DNA from: Escherichia phage LPEK22
Length of the DNA: 64,000 nucleotides
Sequence record: OK283619.1
Reading direction: 5' to 3' (one strand)
Below the pieces are notes generated by a model. It searched no databases. It was not told the DNA's origin and saw only the letters and a list, made by a program, of their open reading frames with translations. The position numbers and the translations under genes were made by a program. Shown here in pieces: positions 62,967 to 64,000 of the stretch (its first letter is position 1; each line of letters begins with the position of its first letter).

Positions 62967-64000
62967 ATGAACAATGTAGACCTATTATCAAAATTTGGTT
63001 CGCTGTTGAAAGAAGCGGACACTCCTGTTTCTGTTGAAGCACCATTTGAAATCCGTGGGGAAATTACCCACAAACTGACTTTCCATCGCGGTCGCGCTAA
63101 AAACTTTCGTTCTATCGGTAATGAATTCATGGAAATTGATTACCAACGCAACCCTGCAACCTTGGTTACATCCGATGACAATGGCGCTGGTAAATCCACC
63201 ATGCTTGTCTGGCTGCTGTTCTTCGTTCTGTATAATGACACATATAGCAAGAAAGAAAAGAAAGCCGGATTAGTCAATTCCCAAAACAAAAAGGAATGCG
63301 TGGGTGAAGTTGAGTTCTCCACTCGAGGAAGTGAATGGAAAGTCCGTCGTGGTATCAAACCTGATTTCGTAGAAGTCTATCAGATGGTAGACGGTGAGTG
63401 GAAGCAGGTCGTGAATGATGCGGCCAAAGCCGACATGAACAAATATATTGTGAACCTGATTGGCGTAGACCAGAAGATGTTTGAGAACTCCCTGGTTCTG
63501 GGCAAAGAGAAGTTCATCCCATTCACGGAAATGTACACTGCCGACCGTCGCGCTATGGTAGAGACAATCTGGGATTTGGGGTTCTTCAGTCTGATGAATG
63601 AAGATGTAAAAGCATCTATCAAGACAGTAACGAATGAACTCACGACGGTCACCAATGATTACGCCTTTCATGATGTAAATTTAAAAGGCCAGCAATCGCA
63701 GTTGGAACAGATCAATAATTCCAATGCGATGATCCAGCAACAATCTGCTGATATCCTTGTCCAAGAGAAGGAACGTCTGAATAGCCTGAATTCAGATATC
63801 AGCGCAGTGCAGGAACAACTGACAGAGTCCCGTGCTCAAGACTCTAAATTGGAATCAGAATTATCAGAAGTCCGTAATCGCCTGAATGCCGAAATGAAAG
63901 GGGATATCGATGCCATCAATGAAGAGTATGCGGCCAAAATCCAAGCAGTTCAGGATGAAGCCGATACCAAGGCTGAAGATTATGAACGCATAGAAGTATC
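62967..64000 (+). CDS. Recombination ATPase subunit, T4 gp46-like (Rad50/SbcC family), 3'-partial at window end
   Basis: Walker A DNGAGKSTML and NSQNKKE parallel T4 gp46, then coiled-coil. Frame open to nt 64000. Confidence 0.85.
   Translation, partial: MNNVDLLSKFGSLLKEADTPVSVEAPFEIRGEITHKLTFHRGRAKNFRSIGNEFMEIDYQRNPATLVTSDDNGAGKSTMLVWLLFFVLYNDTYSKKEKKAGLVNSQNKKECVGEVEFSTRGSEWKVRRGIKPDFVEVYQMVDGEWKQVVNDAAKADMNKYIVNLIGVDQKMFENSLVLGKEKFIPFTEMYTADRRAMVETIWDLGFFSLMNEDVKASIKTVTNELTTVTNDYAFHDVNLKGQQSQLEQINNSNAMIQQQSADILVQEKERLNSLNSDISAVQEQLTESRAQDSKLESELSEVRNRLNAEMKGDIDAINEEYAAKIQAVQDEADTKAEDYERIEV

Noticed and set aside
1-64000. CRISPR arrays, tRNA or rRNA genes
   Set aside because: No regularly spaced direct repeats and no cloverleaf-like or rRNA-like non-coding stretches were seen; coding density is near-continuous. 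A tRNAscan or Infernal run would be needed to exclude small RNAs.

Overview
This window reads as a contiguous piece of a large virulent dsDNA myovirus genome with a T4-like core, almost entirely on the + strand. It contains four tandem tailspike genes (the first runs off the 5' edge), a 1612-aa structural ORF, and a T4-order morphogenesis block: neck gp13/gp14, gp15, small and large terminase, tail sheath, tail tube, portal, prohead core proteins and protease, scaffold, and major capsid. An accessory island of small unknown ORFs follows, then a replication and repair block: UvsW, sliding clamp gp45, clamp loader gp44/gp62, RegA, DenV, an HU-like protein, a DinG/Rad3-like helicase, RNase HI, the late sigma factor gp55, and gp47/gp46 (gp46 runs off the 3' edge). 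The four tailspikes share a conserved anchor module, which together with the T4-like core suggests an Ackermannviridae-like (Vi1-like) phage; this is inference from memory of that family, not a database hit. The most notable items are a 159-aa mini-intein splitting the terminase P-loop, a free-standing GIY-YIG endonuclease between the sheath and tube genes, an ACP-like protein whose phosphopantetheine-site Ser is replaced by Asp, a 738-aa vWA/MIDAS protein, two large unassigned ORFs between regA and denV, and a recurring late-promoter plus hairpin cassette. No tRNA, rRNA or CRISPR array was seen by eye. All calls rest on reading the translations and the DNA; no searches were run.
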